Shown here: positions 29,968 through 39,861 of the stretch, in pieces
Layout of the letters: each line of letters starts with the position of its first letter
How positions within the stretch are numbered: position 1 is the stretch's first letter
Assembly: GCA_000092065.1 (NCBI GenBank)
Contig: CP000597.1
Length of the DNA stretch: 64,000 nt
Strand: one strand, 5' to 3'
Source: Ostreococcus lucimarinus
Lineage: Eukaryota
The notes under the pieces: generated by a model
Database searches by the model: none
Told to the model about the DNA's origin: nothing
The model's input: only the letters and a program-made list of their open reading frames with translations
Position numbers and translations under genes: made by a program

Positions 29968-31570
29968 CCCGTTCGAGTACTACGCCAGCGCGCGCGGTCG
30001 CGGAGAGGCGTCGAGCGACGACGGCGGCGATGTTTATGAATCATTTCTGCTCGCGGTCGAGCGCGCGCTGTCGAGCGACGCCGGCGGCGCGTCCGACGCG
30101 ACGATGGCGCGCGCGCTCGGACCGGACGCGCTGGACGCGCTGCAGGCGAAGATCGCGGCGAGCGGCGCGGCGAAGGACGGAGAGGCGGCGGCGCGGGCGC
30201 GACGCGCGTACGAGGCGCGGTGCGGCGAGCGAACGTGCGGCGAGTTCCTGCGAGACGCGGAGATCGGCGCGAAACGCCTGTGCTCGATGCCGGACAGAGT
30301 GACGAACACGGTGAACGTGTTCGACGACGAAGGCGAGCGAAGGACGGTGCGAAGGCCGACGGTGATTAATTGTTACGACGAGACGCTGGAGGACGAAGGC
30401 GAGTGGTTTCGAGCGTGGATGGGGTACATGTTCGACGCGAAAGTACGCGCGACGCGGGGAGGCGAGGCGCGAGCGATGGTGGAGATGTTGGTGCCGATTA
30501 GACGGGCGAAGTATCCGGCGGTGAGCGAGGAGGAGGAGGCGCTGGGGATCCCTTTACAAATTTTCTATTTGGCGGCGTTCGACGCGGCGTTGGCGCGCGT
30601 GGCGACGACGGCGGCGGGCTCGTTTGAGGCTTGGCAGCGCATTCGCGCCGGTTTAGTCGATGCATTAGTGCGACATAAGGTGCCGCGAACGCTCGATGTG
30701 GTGGAGCATTGCTTACTGGGGTCATCGTCGTCGGACGTGAATTTGTCGGCGTGCTTTTTGCAGGAAGTCGGCGCTTCGTTCGCCGACGCGCTCGAGGCGC
30801 GAGAAAGCGTGCGGGACACGTACGAGATATATCGTCCAGAGGATCTGGACGTGAAGCGCGATCAAAACTCGATCGTGCTCGTGTCCAAGACGTTCACTCG
30901 AGGCGAGCGTGCGATCGAGAAGACGCGCGAGATTTTGGAGTCACTCGGCGACGGCGCCGCCAAATTCTCCAAGGGTGATTTTTGCGCCTTTCTCGTTCGC
31001 GGGGTGCTGTTTTGTTCGTTTCACGGCGATACGGATGGGTTACAAACTAAAGTAATCACCACCGCTACGCACGCGCACTGCGTCGCAAACGACGCGATCG
31101 ATGCGTGCGTCTTTGGCATGGACGCCAACACTCACGTTGCGCACAAGGACGGTAAAAAGCAAGGCGTCACAGATTTCATAGACTTCTTGGCCGCAGAAAC
31201 GACGTTTAGATCGTGCTGGACGATGGCCGAGATCGACGTCGAGCGCGACGCCTTCACGACGTTCAGCGCGCGCACCTTCCTTCAGGCGCAGCTCAACAAA
31301 GCTGTGCCGCTCGCCGAAATCGCGACGAGCGCGCTCACGGACCGCCATCCCAAAGACCACGTGTTGATTTACACCCGAACCGACGCCAACGCCGCCTCGC
31401 TTAACGCCACCACCAAGCCCACGCTCACTCGCATCAACGCCGTGGACTTCACCGCGCACCCCAAGCCCCCTAGTGTCCTCCCTTTCGACGCCGACGCGAC
31501 GTTTCCCAACGCTCGCTTCCCGAGCGATCACGCCTGCGTCGTCTTCAACTTCGACTTCTCCCTCGCGTGA
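29921..31570 (+). CDS. Endonuclease/exonuclease/phosphatase (EEP) family protein
   Basis: N-terminal STWNVAAINNNPFEY (the EEP WN motif). C-terminal FPSDHACVVFNFDF (SDHxPV motif). Start at ATG 29921; the track ORF starts further upstream in low-complexity sequence. Confidence 0.5.
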   Translation: MRARASTWNVAAINNNPFEYYASARGRGEASSDDGGDVYESFLLAVERALSSDAGGASDATMARALGPDALDALQAKIAASGAAKDGEAAARARRAYEARCGERTCGEFLRDAEIGAKRLCSMPDRVTNTVNVFDDEGERRTVRRPTVINCYDETLEDEGEWFRAWMGYMFDAKVRATRGGEARAMVEMLVPIRRAKYPAVSEEEEALGIPLQIFYLAAFDAALARVATTAAGSFEAWQRIRAGLVDALVRHKVPRTLDVVEHCLLGSSSSDVNLSACFLQEVGASFADALEARESVRDTYEIYRPEDLDVKRDQNSIVLVSKTFTRGERAIEKTREILESLGDGAAKFSKGDFCAFLVRGVLFCSFHGDTDGLQTKVITTATHAHCVANDAIDACVFGMDANTHVAHKDGKKQGVTDFIDFLAAETTFRSCWTMAEIDVERDAFTTFSARTFLQAQLNKAVPLAEIATSALTDRHPKDHVLIYTRTDANAASLNATTKPTLTRINAVDFTAHPKPPSVLPFDADATFPNARFPSDHACVVFNFDFSLA

Positions 31571-31800
31571 TCGTTTCCGCTTCGTTCTGTTCGCGCATTC
31601 GATGTCATAAATATTTATTCATCATCTGTGATTTTTCCAGATTTTTTCTCCCCGTTTTCGTCGTCGAGCGCGTCCTCGCCGCGTCGCCGCGCGGCGTTGG
31701 CCGAATCGCCAGCGCAATTCCCAATTCTCAATCGATCGTCATCATTCACCGCCGCGCGACCTCCATCGCGCCCGTCGCGCCCATCGCGCGAAGCGTGGCG

Positions 31801-33744
31801 ATGCGATTCACGAGGAATAAATCCTCCGCCGCCGACGCGTCGTCGTCGACGCAGAGCGATGAGAATTCGACGGCGATCAACGTCGGGCCGGTGCGCCTGA
31901 AACTCCCGATGAAGATTCGATTCGGAAACGACGCCGCCGAGCTCGAACGACGGCGACAGGCGAACAGCAACCCGCTGGCGAAGATTCGAGGCTCGATGGC
32001 GGGCGTCGGACGGTCGATCAAGGGCGTGGGGAATCTGCAGCAGACGCTCATGACGAACATGATGGTGAAGGTCATCGCGGGGGTGTCGGGAACGCTGAGC
32101 GGGTTGTTGCTCGCGGGATTGGCGTATAAGGTGGTGGGAGGATATCAAGATGAGATAAAAGAGGCGAGGCGGGAGGTGCAGCGGCAACACCAGGAGAGGA
32201 AGGCGCGATTGGCGCAGGTGAGACGATTGCTGAGCGGACCGCTGCGGGCGGCGGCGAAAGATTTGAGAAACAGATTGGAGTTTATATTAAAGGTGCCGCC
32301 GAGACGTTCGAGCGGGGAACCGCCGAAGATTCGGGCGAATTATTTTGCGGCGCATTATCCCGATAATCCCAACGAAGCGGTGAATTCGACATTGTTTCGG
32401 TTGTGTCGGTATTTGCACTGGGTCGAGCAGTTTCAACGCGGGGTGCAGTTGGAAGGCGTGAGCGAGCAGGACACGTGGCAGTTCGCGTTGGATCAACAGC
32501 TTGATCGCGTGGCGATGGAGTTGGAGGTGAGCAACGAGCGCTACGACGCAACTGTACCGACAGAGCGTTTGACTGAGGTTTTCGCGCTCATACACGTTCG
32601 TGAGGTGGAGAAGGAGAAGCGAGTCGAGGGCGACGGCGCTGACGACGGCGGAGACGAAGGTGAAAAGTTAGCGAGTAAACGGTCTATTTTTCGCCGAATC
32701 GATTCCTCATTGAATGAGAAAACGACGGCAATGGAACCTTTAGAGGCTGCGGATTCGGCACCGAAGCGTCGCGTCGGACTCCTCAGCGCAGAGCCTCAGG
32801 AACGTCTCAGTCGATTTCCGATGCGCTTGTTTCGCGACACGCAAGTCGCACTGGCGGAGGTTTTTGGTAAGCTCCACACACTTGAATCCGGCGCTGGTCA
32901 GCCTCAACATGAAGGTAAGGTAAACCCGCACATGTTGTACACAGAGTTCGTCATGAAACTCGAAGAGGCGCAAATGCTCTACGAGCGCACCGTGGAAGAA
33001 CAAGCCTCCGAAGGTCTCGTTGATGCAGCCACAGTCTTGGTCGCGCAGCAAGAAAATCTCCAAGCCGATCCGTGGTTTAGATGGATGCTTCCGCTGCAGC
33101 TTCAAATTCGACGCTTGGCCATGCTACAGTCCCAGACGTCCAAGCTGTTAACGAGGAAGGAGGCTCGCGAACTCCTCGCCGCGAGGGCACGTTTGCGCGG
33201 CGTCCTCGACGGCTTGAACGGTTTACTTGACGTGCTCGACAGACGATTGGACGATCCGTTGTTCAACAAGCCCAAACACAATTTAAAGCAAAAGCACTTG
33301 GCGACGGCTAAAATCGCAACGAAGAAGGTAAAGTTGGAGGCGTTGAAGCGCGAAAAGTCACTGGCGCGATGGAACAAGTTGAAACAAGCGATCCCTTACG
33401 TCGCAAAGTATCGCCGCCTTCCACCTCCACCTGCGAGCAAGAGATATATCCGTTTAGTGACAGGAGATGAGTTACTGGCGTTCGTTCGACGGTATAAAGC
33501 GAAAGCCGTGGCGGGCGTCGTCTCTGCGGTGAGCACCGCCGTCGTGAGCACTGTCATCTCGAAAGTTGTCCAGCATCAAAACAAGCGGCCAAAAGCGGTT
33601 GAAATCGTGAAAACCGAGAGCGAAAGCGCTGAAAGCGAAGGCACGACTAAGGAGAAAAAGACGAACGATGAAGCAATCGAAGGTGAATTCGCACCGCCCA
33701 CGAAGACGCGTCCTAGACTTCGCAATAGTGTGAAAGTCAAGTGA
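31801..33744 (+). CDS. Hypothetical membrane-anchored coiled-coil protein
   Basis: ORF with one predicted TM (VIAGVSGTLSGLLLAGLAYKVV) and long helical/charged segments. Starts at MRFTRNK. No recognised family. Confidence 0.35.
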   Translation: MRFTRNKSSAADASSSTQSDENSTAINVGPVRLKLPMKIRFGNDAAELERRRQANSNPLAKIRGSMAGVGRSIKGVGNLQQTLMTNMMVKVIAGVSGTLSGLLLAGLAYKVVGGYQDEIKEARREVQRQHQERKARLAQVRRLLSGPLRAAAKDLRNRLEFILKVPPRRSSGEPPKIRANYFAAHYPDNPNEAVNSTLFRLCRYLHWVEQFQRGVQLEGVSEQDTWQFALDQQLDRVAMELEVSNERYDATVPTERLTEVFALIHVREVEKEKRVEGDGADDGGDEGEKLASKRSIFRRIDSSLNEKTTAMEPLEAADSAPKRRVGLLSAEPQERLSRFPMRLFRDTQVALAEVFGKLHTLESGAGQPQHEGKVNPHMLYTEFVMKLEEAQMLYERTVEEQASEGLVDAATVLVAQQENLQADPWFRWMLPLQLQIRRLAMLQSQTSKLLTRKEARELLAARARLRGVLDGLNGLLDVLDRRLDDPLFNKPKHNLKQKHLATAKIATKKVKLEALKREKSLARWNKLKQAIPYVAKYRRLPPPPASKRYIRLVTGDELLAFVRRYKAKAVAGVVSAVSTAVVSTVISKVVQHQNKRPKAVEIVKTESESAESEGTTKEKKTNDEAIEGEFAPPTKTRPRLRNSVKVK

Positions 33745-33781
33745 AGTAGCGGCGACCCGCGCGAAATGTGTAATTAAAACG

Positions 33782-33990
33782 TAAAATCGTAAAGTCTTTG
33801 TCGCTCGTTTTCATCCTCCTTTAAGTTCTTCTAAAGTCTTCTTATTCGCAATCTTGGTCGCTCTGTTAATGGCTCCCGCGGCGTAGTATAAAATCGTAAA
33901 GTCTTTGTCGCTCGTTTTCATCCTCCTTTAAGTTCTTCTAAAGTCTTCTTATTCGCAATCTTGGTCGCTCTGTTAATGGCTCCCGCGGCG
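33782..33990. repeat. Perfect ~105-bp tandem duplication (x2) of the last 25 codons plus proximal 3'UTR of the EF-hand gene
   Basis: taaaatcgtaaagtctttgtcgctcgttttcatcctcctttaagttcttctaaagtcttcttattcgcaatcttggtcgctctgttaatggctcccgcggcgtagta occurs twice head to tail. The second copy encodes YYAAGAINRATKIANKKTLEELKGG*. Confidence 0.8.
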
Positions 33991-36362
33991 TAGTACCACT
34001 CGGCCCACTGTATGACGCCGTCGCCGTTCAAATCAGCCGCTTTGGCAATTTTCTGAACGGTCGCGTTGTGAGAGTCCCACAACTTGGCACCCGGAACGAG
34101 GGTTTCGATGAACATATCAATCGTCTTCGCGAACTGCTCTTGATTGAGGTAGGGGAACGGAAACTTTTCATCCGGATTGGACGCGTTGGCTTCAAACAAC
34201 GCGAAGACCTCTTTGTCGAAATCGATTGCAACCGCCGACCTTGTCTCCGCAGAACCTCCAGCGTTCAAACCAGTGCGAGAGCCGATGGCGAACACATCTT
34301 GCGCGAAAGCTTCGATCGCTGAAACGAGTGATTCGTTCAATGCATCCGTAACCGCCGGCCCTGCAGATTCCATCACAGTCGCTTCGGCTCTTCTACTCAA
34401 ACCCGTGTTGAGTCGATGACCGACGACGGTCACCTCAAAATCAGAAGCTACTTGAGCGACGAAAGCAAGAACAAAAGCGTAAACGTTGCCCATGATCTCT
34501 TGAACCGAAGGGATGTCAGCAAAGTCCTTGGTGATCTCCCTCAACGCTCGCGCGTCCGGACGGAAGCGGCTGAGGTCCTTGACGTCGCGCTTCGGCGCTT
34601 GGCGCACCAGCATTCGGATTCTTCGCCCGAGCATGTCGAGCTCAAAATCGGACAACACTGTAGATAAAATATCCACTATGAGTTCAAAACAGTTAATGTA
34701 CAGCAAACGCTCAATGTTATCGGGAATAGCCTTGACGTTGTACATGGGATCGCGAAGGAGGTAGTCGACAAATTCCGAAATCGCCTCTCGAGTCTGCTTT
34801 TGTGCCTTTTTTCTCGCAGCTCTGCTCGGGTCTTCATCACCGTCGATGCTCACACCCAAAATTTGACGTGCCTCCGAGGCTATGTTGCTAAAGTCGCCTC
34901 TACGAATTTCGTTCCCCATTTGCTGCAGGAGGTCGCGGGCGCTGGGTGTCTTCTTCGCGGCGTCGCCTTCGTCGAATGTCAAGGCGTCGTCGTCGAACGA
35001 CGCTGACACGTTTGCTCCGCTCGACGGACTGAGCACACGCATAGAAATGTTGAAACCCAAGTTACTCAACACGGGCTCTTTTCCTATCTCACCGAACAAG
35101 CCGGTGAGGAGGTTGATGTACGTGTCGCGCTCGATTCGTCGGGGAAGAAACACTGACGAGATGGCCATCGCTCGAGTGTCCATATATTCATCGACGCACA
35201 CTTCGATAAGTTGCTTCACCGCGCGCTGCGTCTCCAAACGATCCTCGTCGGAAAAGGAGATGTTTGCAAACGCCTCTCGAGTATCGTCGTCGTAAGGCTC
35301 TAACGCAAACTCCACGGTGAATCCTTTAATCTTTGCCTCCATCGTGAGCGCCTCGGATAACATACCCACCGCAACCTTGGCGACGTTTTCTTGGAGATGC
35401 GGGAACAGATTTGTCGGTGGCGGGGCTTTGAGCTCTTCGCGCGCAATCTTGCGGAGCGTTTGATTCGACAGATTCGGCACGATGTCTAAGTAGCCGTCGC
35501 CGCTCGCGACGAGCTTAGTCCTTCGCCCTTCCGCCATGCCATCCTCTTCGCTCGACACTTCAAAGACGAATTCCCGGTCGAAAAGTTGCAACTTGAACGT
35601 TTTTAACGTATCTTCGAACACGGTCCATCCCGTGAGCGCGCCGTTCGTGTAGAGCTTCCTTTCGAGCGGCCCGGGTAACAAGACGGGAATCCCGCTCGTT
35701 TCGCCGACGACGTCGCCGATAAACTTTGCGAGCTCCTGCTCCTTGATACCACTCTTTTCCGGAACGTGTCTGGCGTCCAGATAATCGCTCATGATCAGAG
35801 GATGCCCCAAAACGCTCGCTCCGACGAGGTTCTGTCGTAAGTTCTTCATCGCCGACGCGTACGCCGCCTTGCAAACCTCGCGATACACCTCGCTCTCCGC
35901 GAACTCCGGAACGAACGGAATATCGTACGCATCGTTAATAATCTTCGCGTAACGATCCAAAACCTTCGCCTCCGCGGATTTCTTCTTCCCTCTCGACGCC
36001 CTGGCCAGCGCCACCGCGGCGGCCCCTCCCGCGACCGCGACGCCCGCGCCCGCCGCCGCGCTCGCCCCCGCCCCGCGCGTCCCCTCCCGCGCTCGCGCTT
36101 CCGCCGCCGTCGACACCGACGCCACCATCTTCGTCCCATCGCGCGCGCGCGCCGGTCGCAATCCCTCCATCGCGTCCTTCGCCGTCCTCTTCGCGCCCTC
36201 GTCCGTCTTCTTCGCGTTCGCGTTCGCGTTCGCGTTCGCGTTCGCGCGTCCCGCGCCCCGCGCCGGTCGCCCTCGCCGATCGCGCGTCCGTCCGACCCGC
36301 GCGCGCGTCGTCGACCCGCGTCCGCCGGTCGTCGCGCGCGCGCGAGACGCTCGCGTCGCCAT
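33918..36362 (-). CDS. Hypothetical protein with C-terminal EF-hand
   Basis: AADLNGDGVIQWAEW is an EF-hand loop (DxNxDGxI). (GCGTTC)n near the N-terminus encodes NANANANANA. The rest is unclassified. Confidence 0.4.
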   Translation of the reverse strand: MATRASRARATTGGRGSTTRARVGRTRDRRGRPARGAGRANANANANANAKKTDEGAKRTAKDAMEGLRPARARDGTKMVASVSTAAEARAREGTRGAGASAAAGAGVAVAGGAAAVALARASRGKKKSAEAKVLDRYAKIINDAYDIPFVPEFAESEVYREVCKAAYASAMKNLRQNLVGASVLGHPLIMSDYLDARHVPEKSGIKEQELAKFIGDVVGETSGIPVLLPGPLERKLYTNGALTGWTVFEDTLKTFKLQLFDREFVFEVSSEEDGMAEGRRTKLVASGDGYLDIVPNLSNQTLRKIAREELKAPPPTNLFPHLQENVAKVAVGMLSEALTMEAKIKGFTVEFALEPYDDDTREAFANISFSDEDRLETQRAVKQLIEVCVDEYMDTRAMAISSVFLPRRIERDTYINLLTGLFGEIGKEPVLSNLGFNISMRVLSPSSGANVSASFDDDALTFDEGDAAKKTPSARDLLQQMGNEIRRGDFSNIASEARQILGVSIDGDEDPSRAARKKAQKQTREAISEFVDYLLRDPMYNVKAIPDNIERLLYINCFELIVDILSTVLSDFELDMLGRRIRMLVRQAPKRDVKDLSRFRPDARALREITKDFADIPSVQEIMGNVYAFVLAFVAQVASDFEVTVVGHRLNTGLSRRAEATVMESAGPAVTDALNESLVSAIEAFAQDVFAIGSRTGLNAGGSAETRSAVAIDFDKEVFALFEANASNPDEKFPFPYLNQEQFAKTIDMFIETLVPGAKLWDSHNATVQKIAKAADLNGDGVIQWAEWYYAAGAINRATKIANKKTLEELKGG

Positions 36363-36712
36363 CGCGTCCGCGCTCGCCCTTCGTTCGTGCGTTCGTTCGA
36401 GCGATTAATCGATCGATCGGGTCGATGAATCGATCGATTAATCGAGCGGGCGTTCGCGCGCGCGCGCGCTCGATCCGCCGTGTCGTCGCCGCGCGATCGC
36501 GCTCGATCCGCGCGCGCGCGATCGTCCTCGCGCGCGAACGTCTCGAGCTCGCCGCGCGTCCGCGCGGGGGGGAACGATCGCGCGCGACGCGGAAGAGGTC
36601 TGTGTTTTTAGGAGACGTCGATTTTCGACGCGCGACGCGCGCCGCGGAGACCGACGGCGAAACCGCGCGGGTTCGGAATGGATGACGTCGCGCTGTGTAA
36701 AACTGTGACTTT

Positions 36713-36826
36713 ACGAAACTTGAAAAGACTTGAAACGCGCGACGACTGGATAAAACTTGAAAAGACTTGAAACGCGCGACGACTGGATAAAACTTGAAAA
36801 GACTTGAAACGCGCGACGGGCCGCGC
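36713..36826. repeat. 37-bp tandem repeat x3 (aaacttgaaaagacttgaaacgcgcgacgactggata)
   Basis: Three near-perfect head-to-tail copies, upstream of the EF-hand gene start and downstream of the RCC1 gene. Confidence 0.8.
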
Positions 36827-36955
36827 CACCGTTTTGTAACCGCGCGCGGTCGTCGGTACGGCTGAAGTTTGTCGCGAGCGCGACGACCTCTTCCATGCAA
36901 ACGCACGACGATGGTATAGCGAGAAGGGCGGTGATTGCGAGGACGACGAGCGCGC

Positions 36956-38086
36956 TCACGTTTGAATAACGATGACTTGCGGCTGTTGCGGCGTAACGGC
37001 GACGGGAGCGCCGCGGGTGGGGATGCCGAGGCGCGCGCGGAGCTTGTCGTCGGCGCGGCGGCGCGACCTGACGCAGAGCCCGATGAGAGTCAAGATGATG
37101 ACGAACGCAATACAACCGACGGCAATACCGGCGATTTCAACGTCGCTCAACGTATCCGCGGAGCGCAACGGAACGATGGTGCCCGGAACGCCGCCGCCAC
37201 CCGAGGAGCCACCCGCGGAGACTGACGTCGTCGTCGTGATGCCCAAAACCTGGACGGGAATATTCGAGCTTGTAGTAGCGTTGTTTCCGAGCTGACCTTT
37301 GTCATTGTAACCCCAGCACTGCACCGTGTCGCCGGCGAGCGTGGCGCAATTGAAGTCGTAACCCGCGGAGACTGACGTCGCCGTCGTGATGTTGGAAACC
37401 TGGACGGGAATATTCGAGCTTGTAGTAGTGCCGTCTCCGAGCTGACTATTGACATTGACACCCCAGCACTGCACCGTGCCGTCGGCGAGCATGGCGCAAT
37501 TGTGGCTGCCACCCGCGGAGACCGACGTCGCCGTCGTGATGCCCGAAACCAGGACAGGAGTAAGTCGGTTTGTCTTAGTGCCGTCTCCGAGCCGACCGTC
37601 GAGATTGTAACCCCAGCACTGCACCGTGCCGTCGGCGAGCATGGCGCACGTGTGGGCGCCACCCGTGGAGACCGACGTCGCCGTCGTGATGCCCGAAACC
37701 AGGACAGGAGTAGGTCGGTGTGTAGTAGTGCCGTCTCCGAGCTGACCTTTGTCATTGTAACCCCAGCACTGCACCGTGCCGTCGGCGAGCGTGGCGCACG
37801 TGTGGCCGCCACCCGCGGAGACTGACGTCGCCGTCGTGATGCCCGAAACCAGGACGGGAGTAAGTCGGTTTGTAGTAGTGCCGTCTCCGAGCTGACCGTT
37901 GGCATTGTAACCCCAGCTCTGCACCGTGCCGTCGGCGAGCAGGGCGCACGTGTGGCTGCCACTCATGGAGCCACCCGCGGAGACTGACGTCGCCGTCGTG
38001 ATGCCCGAAACCAGGACGGGAGTAAGTCGGTATATAGTAGTGCCGTCAGCGAGCTGACCGTCGCCATTGCTACCCCAGCACTGCAC
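36956..38086 (-). CDS. RCC1-repeat (7-blade beta-propeller) protein with C-terminal transmembrane anchor
   Basis: Seven repeats of the RCC1 signature CWGxNxxGQLGDGTTTxRxTPVxV...SAGGxHTCA. The C-terminus has a hydrophobic helix IAGIAVGCIAFVIILTLIGLCV, then RSRRR. Blades are near-identical at the DNA level. Confidence 0.65.
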   Translation of the reverse strand: MQCWGSNGDGQLADGTTIYRLTPVLVSGITTATSVSAGGSMSGSHTCALLADGTVQSWGYNANGQLGDGTTTNRLTPVLVSGITTATSVSAGGGHTCATLADGTVQCWGYNDKGQLGDGTTTHRPTPVLVSGITTATSVSTGGAHTCAMLADGTVQCWGYNLDGRLGDGTKTNRLTPVLVSGITTATSVSAGGSHNCAMLADGTVQCWGVNVNSQLGDGTTTSSNIPVQVSNITTATSVSAGYDFNCATLAGDTVQCWGYNDKGQLGNNATTSSNIPVQVLGITTTTSVSAGGSSGGGGVPGTIVPLRSADTLSDVEIAGIAVGCIAFVIILTLIGLCVRSRRRADDKLRARLGIPTRGAPVAVTPQQPQVIVIQT

Positions 38087-38282
38087 CGTGCCGTCGGCGA
38101 GCGTGGCGCACGCGTGGTCGCCGTGTCTCGCGGAGACCGACGTCGCCGTCGTGATGTTGACAACCTGGACGGCGGTATGTCGCTCAACCTTCGACCCGTC
38201 TCCGAGCTAACCGTTGTCATTGATACCCCAGCAATACACCGCGCCGCCGATCTCGACGCACATGCGAGAGTAACCGTTACCC
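37250..38282. repeat. Near-identical ~150-bp coding tandem repeats (RCC1 blades), including an extra upstream blade at 38087-38282
   Basis: Repeated tggggttacaatgacaaaggtcagctcggagacggcactac...accacggcgacgtcagtctccgcgggtgg units on the plus strand. The upstream copy carries ggttagctcggagac (TAG where the other units have CAG). Confidence 0.7.
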
Positions 38283-38803
38283 ATCGCGCGCGATTCGAAA
38301 ACCCTTCGATCGCCCGCTCGCCCGCGGCTCGTCCGCGCCGCGCGCGTCGCCCGTCGCGCACCGCCCGGGTCTCTCGCGCCGCGCGCGTCGCGATCGGTTC
38401 CTCTCGCACCGACGGTCGCGCGCGCGAGTCCGGCGACGGCGCGCGCGCGACGCGACGCGACGGCGAAAACTCAAAACCCAACGCGGGCGTCCGAGTCCGA
38501 GTCGACGCCCCGTCGACGCGTCGTGTCTGACGCGTAAAATGTTAGAAATCTGAAGAGTAAAATATGACGTATAGCTTTCCCTAGTTAACCTATAATTGTA
38601 ATCATCATCACTCATCGACGCACTAGGCCCGATTGCTCACGATCATATAAGGTATAGCTCGCAAAAACGGGCCTTTTCTGAAACTCGATTTTTGCTAGGG
38701 TTTAGCGACTCCGGTTTTCCGACGGAGGAATTGCGTGCGGGTAGTTCGCATCGTCGGTACTCGTCGACGCCACTCGTCGTTGCGCGAGTTGATCGATATA
38801 CTC

Positions 38804-39085
38804 ATGGGCGCGTGCTTCGGGCGATTCATGGGAGAGACCCAGGCGGAAGAATGGGAACGAAAGCAACGAAAGCTCGAGAAGAAACGAGCCAAGGATGAAC
38901 AGTGCAAACGGGACAACGAAATTTTAAAGGCTGTCTTCAAGGAGGAGGTTCGGGACCTCATCGGTGGCATTCCGGTGCTTCAAAACTTCATCGAGCGACG
39001 GTCGGGGCGAAAAATTACGGCTCGCACAAAAGATGAGAAGATGCGTGACCATGAGGCAGCGCAACGTATAGGGAAGCCCGTTTAA
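38804..39085 (+). CDS. Small hypothetical protein (93 aa) with N-terminal MGAC acylation-like motif, in a lower-GC island
   Basis: MGACFGRFMGETQAEEWERKQRKLEKKRAKDEQCKRDNEILKAVFKEEV... lies in a locally AT-richer region, 38550-39090, which is unusual for this contig. Confidence 0.25.
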   Translation: MGACFGRFMGETQAEEWERKQRKLEKKRAKDEQCKRDNEILKAVFKEEVRDLIGGIPVLQNFIERRSGRKITARTKDEKMRDHEAAQRIGKPV

Positions 39086-39861
39086 GGCCCGCGGCCTAAC
39101 TGACCGCCAGTAGCTCGCATAAAACGTGACGTGTGATCGCGCGGGGTCGGGTCGAATCCGACGACGCGACGCGCGCGCGAGGCTCGATCGCGCGATTTCT
39201 TCGAAAAAGCGCGCGTTCGGGCGAAAGCGTTCCCCATCGCCGCGCCCCGCGCGCGATAAAAAGAGCAGCATAGGGTTAGGGTTCGGCGACGCCGGCGATC
39301 CGACGATCGCGCGCCGCCGGGCGACGCACGCGCGCGCGCGCGCGCGCGCGGCGTCGACGTCGGGCGCGCGCGGTCGAGGCGCGCGCGATCGGATCGCGAC
39401 GAGGTACGGGCGCGCGTGAAGGGACACCTTCGGTGACGCGAGCGTCGAATCGCGATCGCGAACACGCGCCGCGCGGGTCGACGTTCGTTCGACGCGCGCG
39501 GTGCGGCGGAAAATCGGACGACGCGCGACGACCACCGGGCGAAAATCCCCGGGCGCTGCGGCAGAGAGTGTCGGGTCGCGATGACCAGGACCTGGACGCG
39601 CTCGCGCGCGGGAAACCGCGAGCGGGACGTCGAGTAACTCGCCGAGGCACAGTCATGTGTCCACCGCGGAGACAACGCGGGAACTCAACGGGGTTTACTC
39701 TGAACGCTGACGCCCTCCCCAGTCGTGACGATGCGAACAGGACGCGCGAGAAAACGCGAGGGAACGCGCGAAACGCGGCGTTTGTGAACGCCCGCACTCG
39801 ACGAAAGAATTGTTTTTCGGCGAGAGGCAAACTAATTAACGCTCTAAACGCTTCGACGGAG

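Noticed and set aside
36713-36826. Possible CRISPR array
   Set aside because: There are only three adjacent 37-bp units with no unique spacers between them. This is a minisatellite, not a repeat-spacer array. The same applies to 29031-29109 and 58133-58195.
38087-38282. Extending the RCC1 CDS upstream to the ATG near 38282
   Set aside because: An in-frame TAG at 38208..38206 interrupts the blade. Kept as a separate observation (possible pseudo-blade or sequencing error), not merged into the CDS.
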